Assembly: GCA_964473825.1 (NCBI GenBank)
Contig: CAYYQL010000005.1
Span: 32,001-96,000 of the forward strand
Reading direction: 5' to 3'
Length of the DNA: 64,000 nt
DNA from: an uncultured archaeon
GTDB lineage: Archaea; Asgardarchaeota; Thorarchaeia; Thorarchaeales; Thorarchaeaceae
Below the pieces are notes generated by a model. It did not search any database. It was given only the letters and a program-made list of their open reading frames with translations, and was not told where the DNA came from. Of the stretch, positions 37,679-47,929 are shown piece after piece (positions within the stretch are counted from its first letter, which is position 1; each line of letters starts with the position of its first letter). A program made the position numbers and the translations under genes.

Positions 37679-39039
37679 GGTATGAATGTAGTATGAAGAT
37701 ACTTATAATCGGTGCGGGATATGTTGGACTCTCAACTGGAGTGGTTCTTGCGGAGGGGCACAACGTTCGACTTGTGGAGATAGACAAGGAGAGAGTTGAC
37801 GCCATAAACAAGGGAGAATCGCCAATCTACGAGCAAGGCATCGACGAGCTGTTGATGAAGCAAATTGAGACGGGTAGTCTGCGAGCCCATCTTCCAAGTG
37901 AAGATTTAGGCAGGACAGATGCAGTCTTGATCTGCGTGGGCACCCCGTCTAGTGCGGACGGGTCAGTGGACCTATCCCAAGTGACCAGCGCTGTGGATTT
38001 TATCATGGATCGTCTGGAGGAGCTGCTCGGCGATTATCTTGTCATAATCATGAAGAGCACAGTTCCACCTGGCACCACCAGATCTTACGTTAGGAACCGT
38101 GTCAAAGAAAAAAATCTGTTGGACAGGATCGGAGTGGTTTCCAATCCAGAGTTTCTACGAGAAGGTACTGCTCTAGAAGATACTAAGAAGCCCGATCGAA
38201 CAGTGATTGGCTGCACAACTTCAAAGGAGTATGAAGTGGTCCGAAGCATCTATTCGGAAATTATCGGTGAAGGCCGCTCGGTCTACGTTCGGACGGGTAT
38301 TGAGTCTGCCGAGTTATGTAAGTATGTGAGTAACAGCTTTTTGGCCACAAAGATATCGTTCTCTAATGAGATGGCTAATATCGCAGAACGTATCCCAGGC
38401 GCTGATATAGATGAAGTCATGAGATGCGTTGGACTTGATAGCAGAATATCCCCACGATTCTTTGGAGCAGGCGCGGGATACGGCGGGTCGTGTTTCCCGA
38501 AGGACACCCTCGGACTGATGCGGCTTGCTGCCAGACTCGGAGAAGATACTCGCATCCTAGACGCTGCGGATAGTGTCAACAATGCACGACCTGAGAGGCT
38601 GGTCACAATGCTGGAAGACCTGGTGGGTGACATTTCTGATCGGAGGATTACAGTCCTAGGACTTGCCTTCAAGCCGGGGACAGATGACACAAGATATTCA
38701 CCTGCACTCAAAGTTGTTGACATCCTCTTGACTAAGGGAGCAGACGTAATTGTTCATGATCCCCTTGCTGAGAGGATTGTTCAAGATATCACCTTACCCA
38801 ACAAGGTGAAGGCATCAAGCAGTCTAGAAGAGTGCCTGACTGGCTCAGAGGGCGCAATTCTTGTCACCGACTGGCCTATGTATAAGGACACCGGCCTTGA
38901 GGAACTAACCAGAACCATGAAAAAACCAATTCTTGTGGATGGAAGAAGGGTTTTCTCGGATCAGGAACCCCCAAGGGCAATCAAGTATGTAACCATCGGC
39001 ACAAGCCGAGAGATGGTAGCCAAAGAAACTGATGAGTAA
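37675..39039 (+). CDS. ugd: UDP-glucose/GDP-mannose dehydrogenase family protein
   Basis: GAGYVG, CVGTP, KSTVPPGT, NPEFLREG, GYGGSCFPKD, GLAFKPGTDD. Confidence 0.93.
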   Translation: MRYECSMKILIIGAGYVGLSTGVVLAEGHNVRLVEIDKERVDAINKGESPIYEQGIDELLMKQIETGSLRAHLPSEDLGRTDAVLICVGTPSSADGSVDLSQVTSAVDFIMDRLEELLGDYLVIIMKSTVPPGTTRSYVRNRVKEKNLLDRIGVVSNPEFLREGTALEDTKKPDRTVIGCTTSKEYEVVRSIYSEIIGEGRSVYVRTGIESAELCKYVSNSFLATKISFSNEMANIAERIPGADIDEVMRCVGLDSRISPRFFGAGAGYGGSCFPKDTLGLMRLAARLGEDTRILDAADSVNNARPERLVTMLEDLVGDISDRRITVLGLAFKPGTDDTRYSPALKVVDILLTKGADVIVHDPLAERIVQDITLPNKVKASSSLEECLTGSEGAILVTDWPMYKDTGLEELTRTMKKPILVDGRRVFSDQEPPRAIKYVTIGTSREMVAKETDE

Positions 39040-39494
39040 GGATAGTAGAAGGTAAGGTCGGCAAGGAGGATATGTTATACCCAGAGCCCGCAATAGCTAT
39101 TCCGCTGGAAGATCGTAACATTATACTCAACTCAGCGGATTCGTTGGGGGAATACTCGCTTAGTTGGAGCATAGGATCATGAATTGTTCTGCAGAGAACG
39201 CTGGCAAGTAGTTCTAACCGCTTCTCTCGGTCGTGGTTTTGCTGCGACCACAGGACTTCGCAGCGCAATCCTGCTGCACCTGTTATCTTGTGGTACGTTA
39301 CGTGCGTGATAATGATATTTGATTATACCGATTGCGTGGGTGTACAGAAGATTGGATGCAGAGATATCGCGGTGGATGCCCTTGACAGGGCTCTCTAACC
39401 GTGGTGCGGGGAACCGTAGCTACTTGGTCGGTTGTGCGTTCCAACTGGACACGAGTGATGTGCACGTTCAGTCCTCATTCAGGAGAGGCTAGAC

Positions 39495-40232
39495 ATGTTC
39501 TGGATCCTCTTCCTCGTGGGGCTGAGCTGTGGCTTTGTCGACACCGCCCTCGCGATGGGCTACGGCGTCACCAGTGCAACAGTGCTGCTTATGTTTGGTA
39601 TGGCCCCAGCCCTTGTCAGTGCCTCCGTTCATGCAGCCGAGGCCATCGTGGACTCAGGTTCTGCCTACTTCCATCACAGGCTAGACAACGTGGACAGACA
39701 CCTCCTTCCGACCCTGCTGATTCCAGGCATAGCCGCATCGGCCCTTGGAGCACTCGTTCTCAGCTGGCTTGCGCTCGAGTTCGCCAAGAGCTACATCAGG
39801 GTAGTCCTGATCGGAATGGGTATCATCGTTGTCGCACGCCACATCCGAAAGAGCAAGGAGATTGAATATGCTCTCTCAAAGAAGAGAGCAGGAGTAGCGG
39901 CGTTCATCGCAGCATTCCTCGACATCACAGGCGGTGGCGGATGGGGGCCGGTCATGACGCCGACGTTGATCCTGAACGGGGCCGAGCCAAGGAAGGCCAT
40001 CGGGACGGTTGAGTTCACTGAGCCGTTTGTCTCCCTCACGGCAGTGCTCGTGTTTGTGTTCACCCTCAGCCTCGATGCTACGTTCCTGTGGACGTTTCTG
40101 CCGTTGTTGATTGGTGGCCTGATCCTGACGCCTGTGGGAGCTTAGATTGCCGGCAAGATTCCCACACGGACGCTCGGTCTGCTTGTTGGGGCGTGGCTCA
40201 TCATTCTGAACATCTACGGGCTGCTGGCCTAG
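39495..40232 (+). pseudogene. Second TauE/SafE transporter with an in-frame TAG near the C-terminus
   Basis: DTALAMGYG, GGGGWGP. TAG at 40143-40145 is followed in frame by IAGKIPTRTLGLLVGAWLIILNIYGLLA* (the last TM). Confidence 0.8.
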
Positions 40233-40281
40233 TCGATAGACTCAATCATGAATCAATCTGCGAGAGGCCTTCAGCAGAGAT

Positions 40282-41205
40282 CTAGTCATCCTGTCCCGTG
40301 GCTATCTTGCTCCCACATCTGGGACATCTAATCCAACCGGAAGAAATCCATGCCACAGTGTCATTCTGCAAAGATTGGCCGCATCTATAGCACTTCTCAG
40401 GAATCGACAGTGTCGAATTCAGCTCCATTTCAACTGATGTTTCCTCCTGTTCTACGGATTCAGTCTGTGGAAAACAGTCTGTCTTCTCTGAAGCCTCAGA
40501 TGAAGAAGAAGCGGGAGTTGCTTCAGGACTCCTCTCGTTTGAAGAGGAATGCACCTTCCTCGAAATAGACTGTTCTCGTTGATCTTGAATGGGAGTTTCT
40601 CTGCTCTTCGCACGACTTCGGCTGATTCTATCTTGAGTTTCGTCAAGCAGTTTCTTCGTGGCACGGGTTGTGACATCGCCGACTTTCTGCCCCAGTTTAT
40701 CTGACATTTTCCTACCCAGCATTCCTCCCGCTTCTGCGCCAAGTCGAGATATCTGTCCTTTCGCCTCTTCTGAAAGAGCCTCAGGTGCCCCTTCCAGAGC
40801 GCGTCCAACGAGATCTGAAGCAGTGGATTTCATAGCGTCTTCTGTAAGCGTCCTTGCATGATCAGACACCATGCCAGCAACTCTGGAACCGGCTTCAGAG
40901 GAAAAGCGGCTCTTGAATGAGTCAAGTGCTCTGGACAGAAGGCCAGGCCCTCCACCCTGGTCCTTGACGCTCACTTCTTGCGGGGCCTCAGAGTGACTCT
41001 TTGATGCTCTCTTCATATAGAGCTTGATGAGGATCAGAATCGCGAATGCAGCCATGATGGGCAGAAGAAACACAAGTACCATCAACATGGATTCTGGAAT
41101 AGGAATCTGGAACAATAAATGCCTCCTGTACGAAACTGACAGAAACGGAATTGGGTTGCTTGGTAAAGAGTAACAGAAGCCACAGAGCACCACAAGACGT
41201 AACAT
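40282..41205 (-). CDS. Membrane-anchored protein with helical region, disordered linker and C-terminal Zn ribbon
   Basis: GGGTGA RBS; TM VLVFLLPIMAAFAILILI; IPEKCYRC...WI...CPRCG. Confidence 0.75.
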   Translation of the reverse strand: MLRLVVLCGFCYSLPSNPIPFLSVSYRRHLLFQIPIPESMLMVLVFLLPIMAAFAILILIKLYMKRASKSHSEAPQEVSVKDQGGGPGLLSRALDSFKSRFSSEAGSRVAGMVSDHARTLTEDAMKSTASDLVGRALEGAPEALSEEAKGQISRLGAEAGGMLGRKMSDKLGQKVGDVTTRATKKLLDETQDRISRSRAKSRETPIQDQREQSISRKVHSSSNERSPEATPASSSSEASEKTDCFPQTESVEQEETSVEMELNSTLSIPEKCYRCGQSLQNDTVAWISSGWIRCPRCGSKIATGQDD

Positions 41206-41421
41206 TGTCCTTTCACCCTCTTCTAGGGTAGTGAATGTAGTCTGCTATTAATCCTGTCTCGGTGGACTGAGGTCGGGTCCATTGGGTGGCGAACATGAGC
41301 ATGTCACCAAGTTTCTACATAAGTCCCCATAATGAATCATCCCTCTCAGGCCAGGTATGCACGTTGTCTTTCGCAAACTTGGGAATGCTAAGTGTCGCGA
41401 AATAGTTGGCGCCCAACCATA

Positions 41422-42263
41422 CTACTCGAGCATACTGGAGGGATCATGTTGCTCGAAAAAGCGGTCTCTGGCTGTATGGTTGGCAAAGGCCAGAAACCAC
41501 GGTACACGGTTCCACTCTTTATCATAGGACACTGGGTCGCCGTGGAGGTCTGTGCAGATGCCGCCCGCCTCCTCCACGATGACCTACGGGATGCCAAAGT
41601 CGTGGGGGCTTGCCCTGTGATACAGGAGGACCTGAGCCTCGCCTTTCGCGATGGCGACCATCCCGTGATGTGCTCCAATGGTTTCGAGGGGCTGTAGACC
41701 GAGCTCTTCGATGAGGGGTATGAACTGCTCCGCAAGTCGCTGGATGTAGTGGTCCGCAGGAGGGTGCTGTCTCGTGAAAGGTACCTCTTCTCCAAGTGCG
41801 GTCTCGACCTTAACCCCTTTGCCCCTCTGAGCAAGATAGAGCCGGTCCTGGGAGGGGAAGTAGACTGCTGAGGCCTCGAATCGCAAATCTTTTGAGAAGG
41901 CTGCACCGATAGCAAAGCCATCCCTGCCGTTCAGGTATGAGAATGTACCATCGAGGGGGTCAAGATGGTAGCAGTAGGAGGTTGCATCTCCAGTGAATAT
42001 CTGAGTGCGCGGTGTGGCCTCCTCGGCGTTGATGCGGAAATCCCGACCGTGGATCTGGAGAATCTGAAGGGCGACCTCCTGCACGAGTCGTCGGCAACGG
42101 TGTGAGCAGTGGACTTCGAGTCGGCCAGGTTGTCCGGGAGATCTGACTGCTTCGGGCGATTGTCGATGGGGCCTTGCAGGGCGTTCAGAATGATTCCGCC
42201 CGGGACGATAATTTCACGGAGTGTTACTAGTAGCTGTTCCTTGTGTTTCATTTGTAGTGACAC
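41422..42263 (-). pseudogene. CysQ/inositol-monophosphatase-family (PAP phosphatase-like) gene, full length but disrupted
   Basis: TVAD, AEE, LDPLDGT, HDF..P.VIVEEAGG. Frameshift near 42085; TAG at 41584-41586 where the paralog fragment has CAG. Confidence 0.85.
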
Positions 42264-42331
42264 GTTAGCTCACTCCGGTTACTCAAAAACTGTGTCCATT
42301 AAGAATCGATTGGCAAGGGACTACATTCAGT

Positions 42332-44011
42332 CTAGGTCAGCATATCGAGAAACAAAATCCAGAGGTTCTCAGTTGCGGGCCAAGAAAGCACTACGGCGAA
42401 AAGCACTATGCCTAGAGCCATAAGACACAACGAAATCAGTCTCAGATTCCTAGTTAAACGGCGATAGGGTGTGGAACGAATTGAATCGTTGAGGACTGTT
42501 GCGATTGTCTGACTGACACCTATGATAACCAGAACCCCGTACTGCTCAAAATCGATCTGTAGACAGAGGCTTGAAAGCAGCACGAGTATCAGTCCAAGCC
42601 ATAGTAGGGCATGCCAGACAGACATGGCGATGGTGATATGCCGTTCCACGCCGAGTGTGATTCTGAGTATGTGTTCCTCCGGACAAGGTTCGCTGATGTC
42701 CACATCTTCGTCAGTTGGCCGTTTTGCATATATCGCGAGTAAGTTCTCATCCAACCGTGCTCGGGGTGTAAATGAAACCCGTTTCCTTCCACTGTCCATA
42801 TCTTGAGAGAAACCCGATTGGGTAAGCAGTTCTTTGCAGTTTTCCTCATCCTCTTCGCCAGGGTGGATGATATTGAAGTATCGAGTGGATATTGGGGAGC
42901 ATTTCTCTTTTCCAAGTACCCGGAGTGCCCGGTCCTGCTTCACGAACACTCGATGCTTCTCATGATAGAGGAGTTTTAGCTCTCTTGGAGGAAGAATCTG
43001 GGAATGAAAAGAATAGTTGGTTCCGAACATGGGCAAATACGAGGGGAAGTCAACTTCATTCTCTACTGTCATATTCCACCAGTGCAAGTTACTTGATTTC
43101 TTAGGTATGAAATGAGTACTACATACCTGCAATCGGCGCATATCTCTTGATTGGATTGGCGCACTTAGATAAAGCAGCGGCACAAATCTCTCGTTTACAA
43201 GTTGCAGGTTTCTTACAATGTAGTCCGCGAGCAATGATGGCAGCTTAGCATCCAGCAAACACTGACACCTTTCCTTGGACTTCGTAGTGTCAAAATCTGG
43301 ATAGGCTCTTTTGATTACGGATTGACACTTATCCTCGACATTCTGGTCTTCCCCTTCGAACTCATACTCGGACTTGAGCTTCAAGAACTCCCGAAGTGTC
43401 ATTTCCTCGAAATCTCCCTCAGTGCTGAGACCGATTCCTGCGAGATAACGAATTTTATTTGCCATAATCCCATTCATAGTAAAAGATTTCACCACATTCA
43501 TGATATCAGAATGTGGATGACTCCGATTCCGTCTATATTCGCACTTGGAGGATGTGCAGAGTTTTTCAATGAGTGAGTGTAGGGTTGTCTCCGTATTCAG
43601 GCCTCCTTCGGAGGAGCCGAAGAGATAAGGCAGAACATTGATGCAAAACTCGTGATATTCAGTGGACTCCTTTGGGTCGTCGGCTGCTATTTTCTCCATA
43701 TGATATTCCAGTGAACGATATAGAGATAGATAGGTCAATAGGAGATTCCGGATGGGAGAGGGGATTGAGGTCGCAGATCCTCCACCTGAATCTTTGCATT
43801 GGAAATTCACAATACAACCTTTCTCAAAGGTTTCGGAGGGCACGATGTGACACGCCTTGGGACCACGGTTCACCACAGTTAGGACAGTGGTCAGTTCGTA
43901 CATTCTCAGGTCAAGAAAGTCATATGTACGGCGGATTCTACGAACCCGGATACCGACGAGCTCGTCGAGCAGGTCTCGGGCGAACTCATGCTCCTCTTGC
44001 ATATGCCTCAT
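42332..44011 (-). CDS. Hypothetical protein with large soluble N-terminal region and 3 C-terminal TMs
   Basis: Long ORF with hydrophobic C-terminal helices; divergent from the HD gene. Start estimated (track start 44191 overlaps the HD gene). Confidence 0.7.
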   Translation of the reverse strand: MRHMQEEHEFARDLLDELVGIRVRRIRRTYDFLDLRMYELTTVLTVVNRGPKACHIVPSETFEKGCIVNFQCKDSGGGSATSIPSPIRNLLLTYLSLYRSLEYHMEKIAADDPKESTEYHEFCINVLPYLFGSSEGGLNTETTLHSLIEKLCTSSKCEYRRNRSHPHSDIMNVVKSFTMNGIMANKIRYLAGIGLSTEGDFEEMTLREFLKLKSEYEFEGEDQNVEDKCQSVIKRAYPDFDTTKSKERCQCLLDAKLPSLLADYIVRNLQLVNERFVPLLYLSAPIQSRDMRRLQVCSTHFIPKKSSNLHWWNMTVENEVDFPSYLPMFGTNYSFHSQILPPRELKLLYHEKHRVFVKQDRALRVLGKEKCSPISTRYFNIIHPGEEDEENCKELLTQSGFSQDMDSGRKRVSFTPRARLDENLLAIYAKRPTDEDVDISEPCPEEHILRITLGVERHITIAMSVWHALLWLGLILVLLSSLCLQIDFEQYGVLVIIGVSQTIATVLNDSIRSTPYRRLTRNLRLISLCLMALGIVLFAVVLSWPATENLWILFLDMLT

Positions 44012-44145
44012 CAAACTCAAACAGGATTCGCTTTGGTGATATGTATATTTTTCGCAAAGGCGGGTATCTAATAGATGCAATATTATTTTGATAGGGATAA
44101 GACTTACATATCTGAAGCACAATCTTTCAAAGGAAGTGGCTTCAA

Positions 44146-45450
44146 TTGACGGAGGGTTTTGTGGTAGAACCAGTTCATGGAGCAATATCAATCCCCGCGT
44201 GGCTCGATGAGATAAAAGACCGTCCCATCGTGAGAAGAATGATCAACATCCGTCAATTAGGGCTGAAGGCATACATAAATTTCCCTGGAGCCATTCATAC
44301 GCGATACCTGCATTCGCTTGGTGTCATGCACCTTGCAAGACAGTTGGTAGATTTGCTCTTAGACTCCGATGTCAACACAAATGCAAAGGACTACCTCAAA
44401 TCGAATAGACTTGCCATAGAGATTGCGGGATTCTTGCACGATGTCGGCCACGGCCCGTATTCGCATCTGCTAGACTATCCAATGCAGACTGTTCTTGACA
44501 AAAGCCACGAAGACGTGACAATTGAAGTCATAGAGAGCATGGATTCCGTGATTGAGGACACCGGATGCAGCAAAGAGCAAGTCAAGAAAATAGTGAAAGC
44601 CGAGTCCTCTTATCCTTACATCCACGAGATTGTGAACGGGCAAATCGATGTTGACAAGCTTGACTATATGCTAAGAGATGCATATCACACCGGTCTCAGG
44701 TATGGATTTGATCTCAGATTCTTCCTAAAGGAGATGACCATTGTCGGAAAAGGGAGCTTGGAGAATCTGCACTTGGGAATGAGGAAAACCGACGAGGGCA
44801 TAGCTTGGACTGAAACGTTCCTCCTGAATTGGCGCACCCTCTACACCGTACTCTACTACGCGCGACCTGCCCGGATTGCGGAGAAGATGCTAGAAAAGGC
44901 AATCCTAAAAGCACTGGAAGACAAAGAATTCAGACAAGACCTTGATGATGTTGAAAGGTTTTCGAAAATCGATGAAGCCGGACTAAGAACAAAGCTTGAG
45001 GATCAAGGGGGAATACCTGAAGAACTAGCCAATCGAGTCTGGTTGAACAAGATATACGAAGACCGAATTGATGATAATTTGTTGAAATGGCTACTCGATG
45101 AACAAGAGTTTGATTTGGACGAGCCATTTCTGAGTCACGTTATTAAGAGCTCAGAGAACGTATCAGAAACCCTGACGAAGATACTCAGCGATGAGGTTGG
45201 AGAAGAGTACTCAGTGATATGCGATATTGTTTCCAGCCGAATCCCGAAGAAAGTTCGTGTGGAAGATAAAAGCAATAAGGAGGGGTATGTAAGTGTGGAT
45301 GATGTATCCCCGGTGGTCAGGGCAATACAGTCACAACAACGTACGATAATGATTTATTACAATCCCGATATCACATTGCCCTCAGCATTCCATAGGAAAG
45401 GGGAAATCAAGAAAAGGATACAGGAGGAGATTACCGATTGGCAGAACTAG
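44146..45450 (+). CDS. HD-domain dNTP triphosphohydrolase-like protein (YwfO/EF1143/SAMHD1 class)
   Basis: PVHG, IRQLG, FPGAIHTRYLHSLG, LHDVGHGPYSH, HE, DVDKLDYMLRD. Confidence 0.9.
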   Translation: MTEGFVVEPVHGAISIPAWLDEIKDRPIVRRMINIRQLGLKAYINFPGAIHTRYLHSLGVMHLARQLVDLLLDSDVNTNAKDYLKSNRLAIEIAGFLHDVGHGPYSHLLDYPMQTVLDKSHEDVTIEVIESMDSVIEDTGCSKEQVKKIVKAESSYPYIHEIVNGQIDVDKLDYMLRDAYHTGLRYGFDLRFFLKEMTIVGKGSLENLHLGMRKTDEGIAWTETFLLNWRTLYTVLYYARPARIAEKMLEKAILKALEDKEFRQDLDDVERFSKIDEAGLRTKLEDQGGIPEELANRVWLNKIYEDRIDDNLLKWLLDEQEFDLDEPFLSHVIKSSENVSETLTKILSDEVGEEYSVICDIVSSRIPKKVRVEDKSNKEGYVSVDDVSPVVRAIQSQQRTIMIYYNPDITLPSAFHRKGEIKKRIQEEITDWQN

Positions 45451-45815
45451 AGAGAGCAACTGATTCACAGTATGTTCTTGCGGCACTTGATGCTTATGCT
45501 CAGCCCGTGGAGGAACATGCTTTTCAGCAACTTATGTCGATGTTTAAGGACAGATGTGCCGATTTGGGATTCGAGTTCGCATCCCGCCGCAATCAACCTT
45601 ATTCAGAGCATCTATCAAGAGCGCTTGATGCGCTGAAGGGGTTCTTGCTTGTTCATGAAAACTGGGAACGTAACAATGGACGGTATGTTTATCATATTCG
45701 AATCACGCCAGAAGGCAAGGAATTCTTGGATCGGTCATTGAGACATGTGAAGGACCGTAGGCAAATAGAAGTATGCAAGAAACTCGCTACGGGCTTCAAG
45801 AAAGCGAAGTCATGA
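45438..45815 (+). CDS. YwgA-like winged-helix protein (Panacea/DUF4065-related)
   Basis: 13-nt overlap with the HD gene; FEF....PYSEHL..LD.L.....V.E.......Y...ITPEGKEFL resembles the GPYSEEL...Y.LTE.G pattern of YwgA. Confidence 0.65.
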   Translation: MAELERATDSQYVLAALDAYAQPVEEHAFQQLMSMFKDRCADLGFEFASRRNQPYSEHLSRALDALKGFLLVHENWERNNGRYVYHIRITPEGKEFLDRSLRHVKDRRQIEVCKKLATGFKKAKS

Positions 45816-46247
45816 AACCGTTTCAGCTTAGTGAGTAGTTTATTGGCTGCTAACTCGTGCTGTTCGTTCTGTTTCTCGCTCACGCCATCGTTTCAAACTA
45901 TCAGACCGATATACCGAACCACCTTTGATGCAATAATTGGCACTAGATTCTTGGGACAATAAGCACCTTCTTACTCGGTAATGTTTCTCAGTTTCTTCTA
46001 GAATTACATTCCAGCCTAGCGCCATTACCACTATCTCGGAGGGCTCAATTAATCTAGCTCTTCAATCGTCTTTCTGGGAACCAAGGTTTCTCTGAACAAG
46101 AGCGTTGTAGAAGCTCGTCTTGAAGCCACCCGGAGAGAGAAGCAGAAGCGTCTATACTCTCACACTACTTCTCGGTTCGGTCACATTTGTTCTATTAGCC
46201 ACCCAAGAGCCGCCTTCTACAAGTCTATGGCAAATACCTCGGCATGC

Positions 46248-46573
46248 CGCTGGATGTAAAAGTCCGCCAGAGGGTTCTGCCTGGTGAAGGGTACCTCTTC
46301 TCCCAGTGCGGTCTCGACCTTCATTCCTCTGCCCCTCTGAGCGAGATAGACCCGGTCCTGTGCGGGGAAGTAGACTGCTGAGGCCTCAAACCGTAGATCT
46401 CTGGAGAAGGCTGCGCCGATAGCAAAGCCATCCCTGCCGTTCAGGTATGAGAATGTGCCATCGAGGGGGTCAAGATGGTAGCAGTAGGAGGTTGTATCTC
46501 CAGTGAATATTTGAGTGCGCGGCGTTGTCTCCTCGGCATTGATGCGGAAATCGCGACCGTGGGACTGCAGAAT
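46248..46573 (-). pseudogene. Internal fragment of the CysQ-like gene (third copy)
   Basis: Aligns with 41738-42063, including the YHLDPLDGTFSYLNGRDGFAIG coding sequence. Confidence 0.88.
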
Positions 46574-46771
46574 GAACCTAGATATGCATTAACTTAGCGC
46601 CTTAATATCAAGAAAATGTAGACGAGCAAGGCATTGTCTGATGATTGATCTTCAATGCATCAAGGATTCTTTCTCAGGATTCCGTAGAGGATTTCGCACT
46701 GCGGGGGAACGAGAGATGTGATTACCAATGCTTTGGATTAATCTTCAGGATTATAGTAAAGAGTACAAGCT

Positions 46772-47203
46772 TCAGCAGGCATGATTCGGAAAGAAGGCTC
46801 TGAGCCAAGCATCAAGGGAAACTATCCGTGCTAGGTCGCGACTTACTTCCGACCCAAGAGCATCAGCAGATCCCAATAGTTGATCTACTGCCTCGATGTT
46901 GATGTATCGGCCCAAGAGAGGGTGAGGATTGTTTACTATCGCCTCGACTGGATGAGATCTGGCATCGTTTATCCATTTGGTTTCGGGAGCGGCAAAGCCA
47001 ATTTTATCTGTTCTCTCAAGAATCTCTTTCGGCAGAGTATTAGACATGGCTTTTCTGAAAATCCATTTTGTGATTCCATTATGAATTTTGAAATCAGCCG
47101 GCAAAGCCAGCAAATACTCGACAAGTCGAAAATCCAGAAACGGCAATCTGGTTTCAATAGAGAATGCCATAGCGCTACGATCCTCCCATCTCAACAAGTG
47201 CAC
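46772..47203 (-). pseudogene. asnB: 3' remnant of an asparagine synthetase-like amidotransferase (AsnB/WbpS type)
   Basis: LLRWEDRSAMAFSIETRLPFLD, KIGFAAP; only the last ~140 aa are present. Confidence 0.88.
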
Positions 47204-47205
47204 TA

Positions 47206-47880
47206 GTGAACATTGCGCGGTATCTTATGGTGCCTAGGCCGATATTTGCTTCCACATGCAGTGTGTATGGATTCAAGACCCACAAGGTTTCGGAGGACGA
47301 ACCACCAAGCCCATTGTCCCTCTATGCTGAAACCAAACTCATGTCCGAGAGAGCAGTCCTTGCCGACGGCTCAACAGGATTCTGCCCCACTGTACTGAGA
47401 TTTGCCACGGTCTATCGGACCTCGCCGCGAATGAGATTCGACCTATTTGCGAACCTGCTGGTTGCAAAAGCAGCACTTGACGGAGAAATCACTGTCTACG
47501 GCAAGGGTAAACAGAAGCGACCCTTTGTACATGTGCGAAACATTGCCAGAGCTATAATTGCCATACTAGAAGCGCCCACAGCGGCAGTCTGCAATGAGGT
47601 ATTTAACGTGGGCTCGGAAGAGCAGAACATGTCGATAATGGAACTAGCCAAGGCGATCAAGACAGAAATTCCGGATTCAGCCATCAGAACCATAGAAGAG
47701 AAGGAAGATGACAGAAGATATTTGGTTTCTTTTGACAAACTGAAAAGAACCCTTGGATTCGAACCTGAAGAGGACTTTGCGGAGTCTGTGAGAGAGATTC
47801 ACAAATTCATTGAGGATCAGAGAATCACAGACTACACAGAGAAGGAGTATAGCAACTACAAGAGCTTGCAAGAGTCCTGA
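47206..47880 (+). pseudogene. 5'-truncated NAD-dependent epimerase/dehydratase (paralog of 53051-54097)
   Basis: FASTCSVYG, YAETK, SPRMRFDL, RPFVHVR; lacks the GxxGxxG Rossmann N-terminus. Confidence 0.85.
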
Positions 47881-47929
47881 TAGAAACCGTTTTTGAAGAC
47901 CGTTCTCCTTCTGATTTCTTATGCACAAC

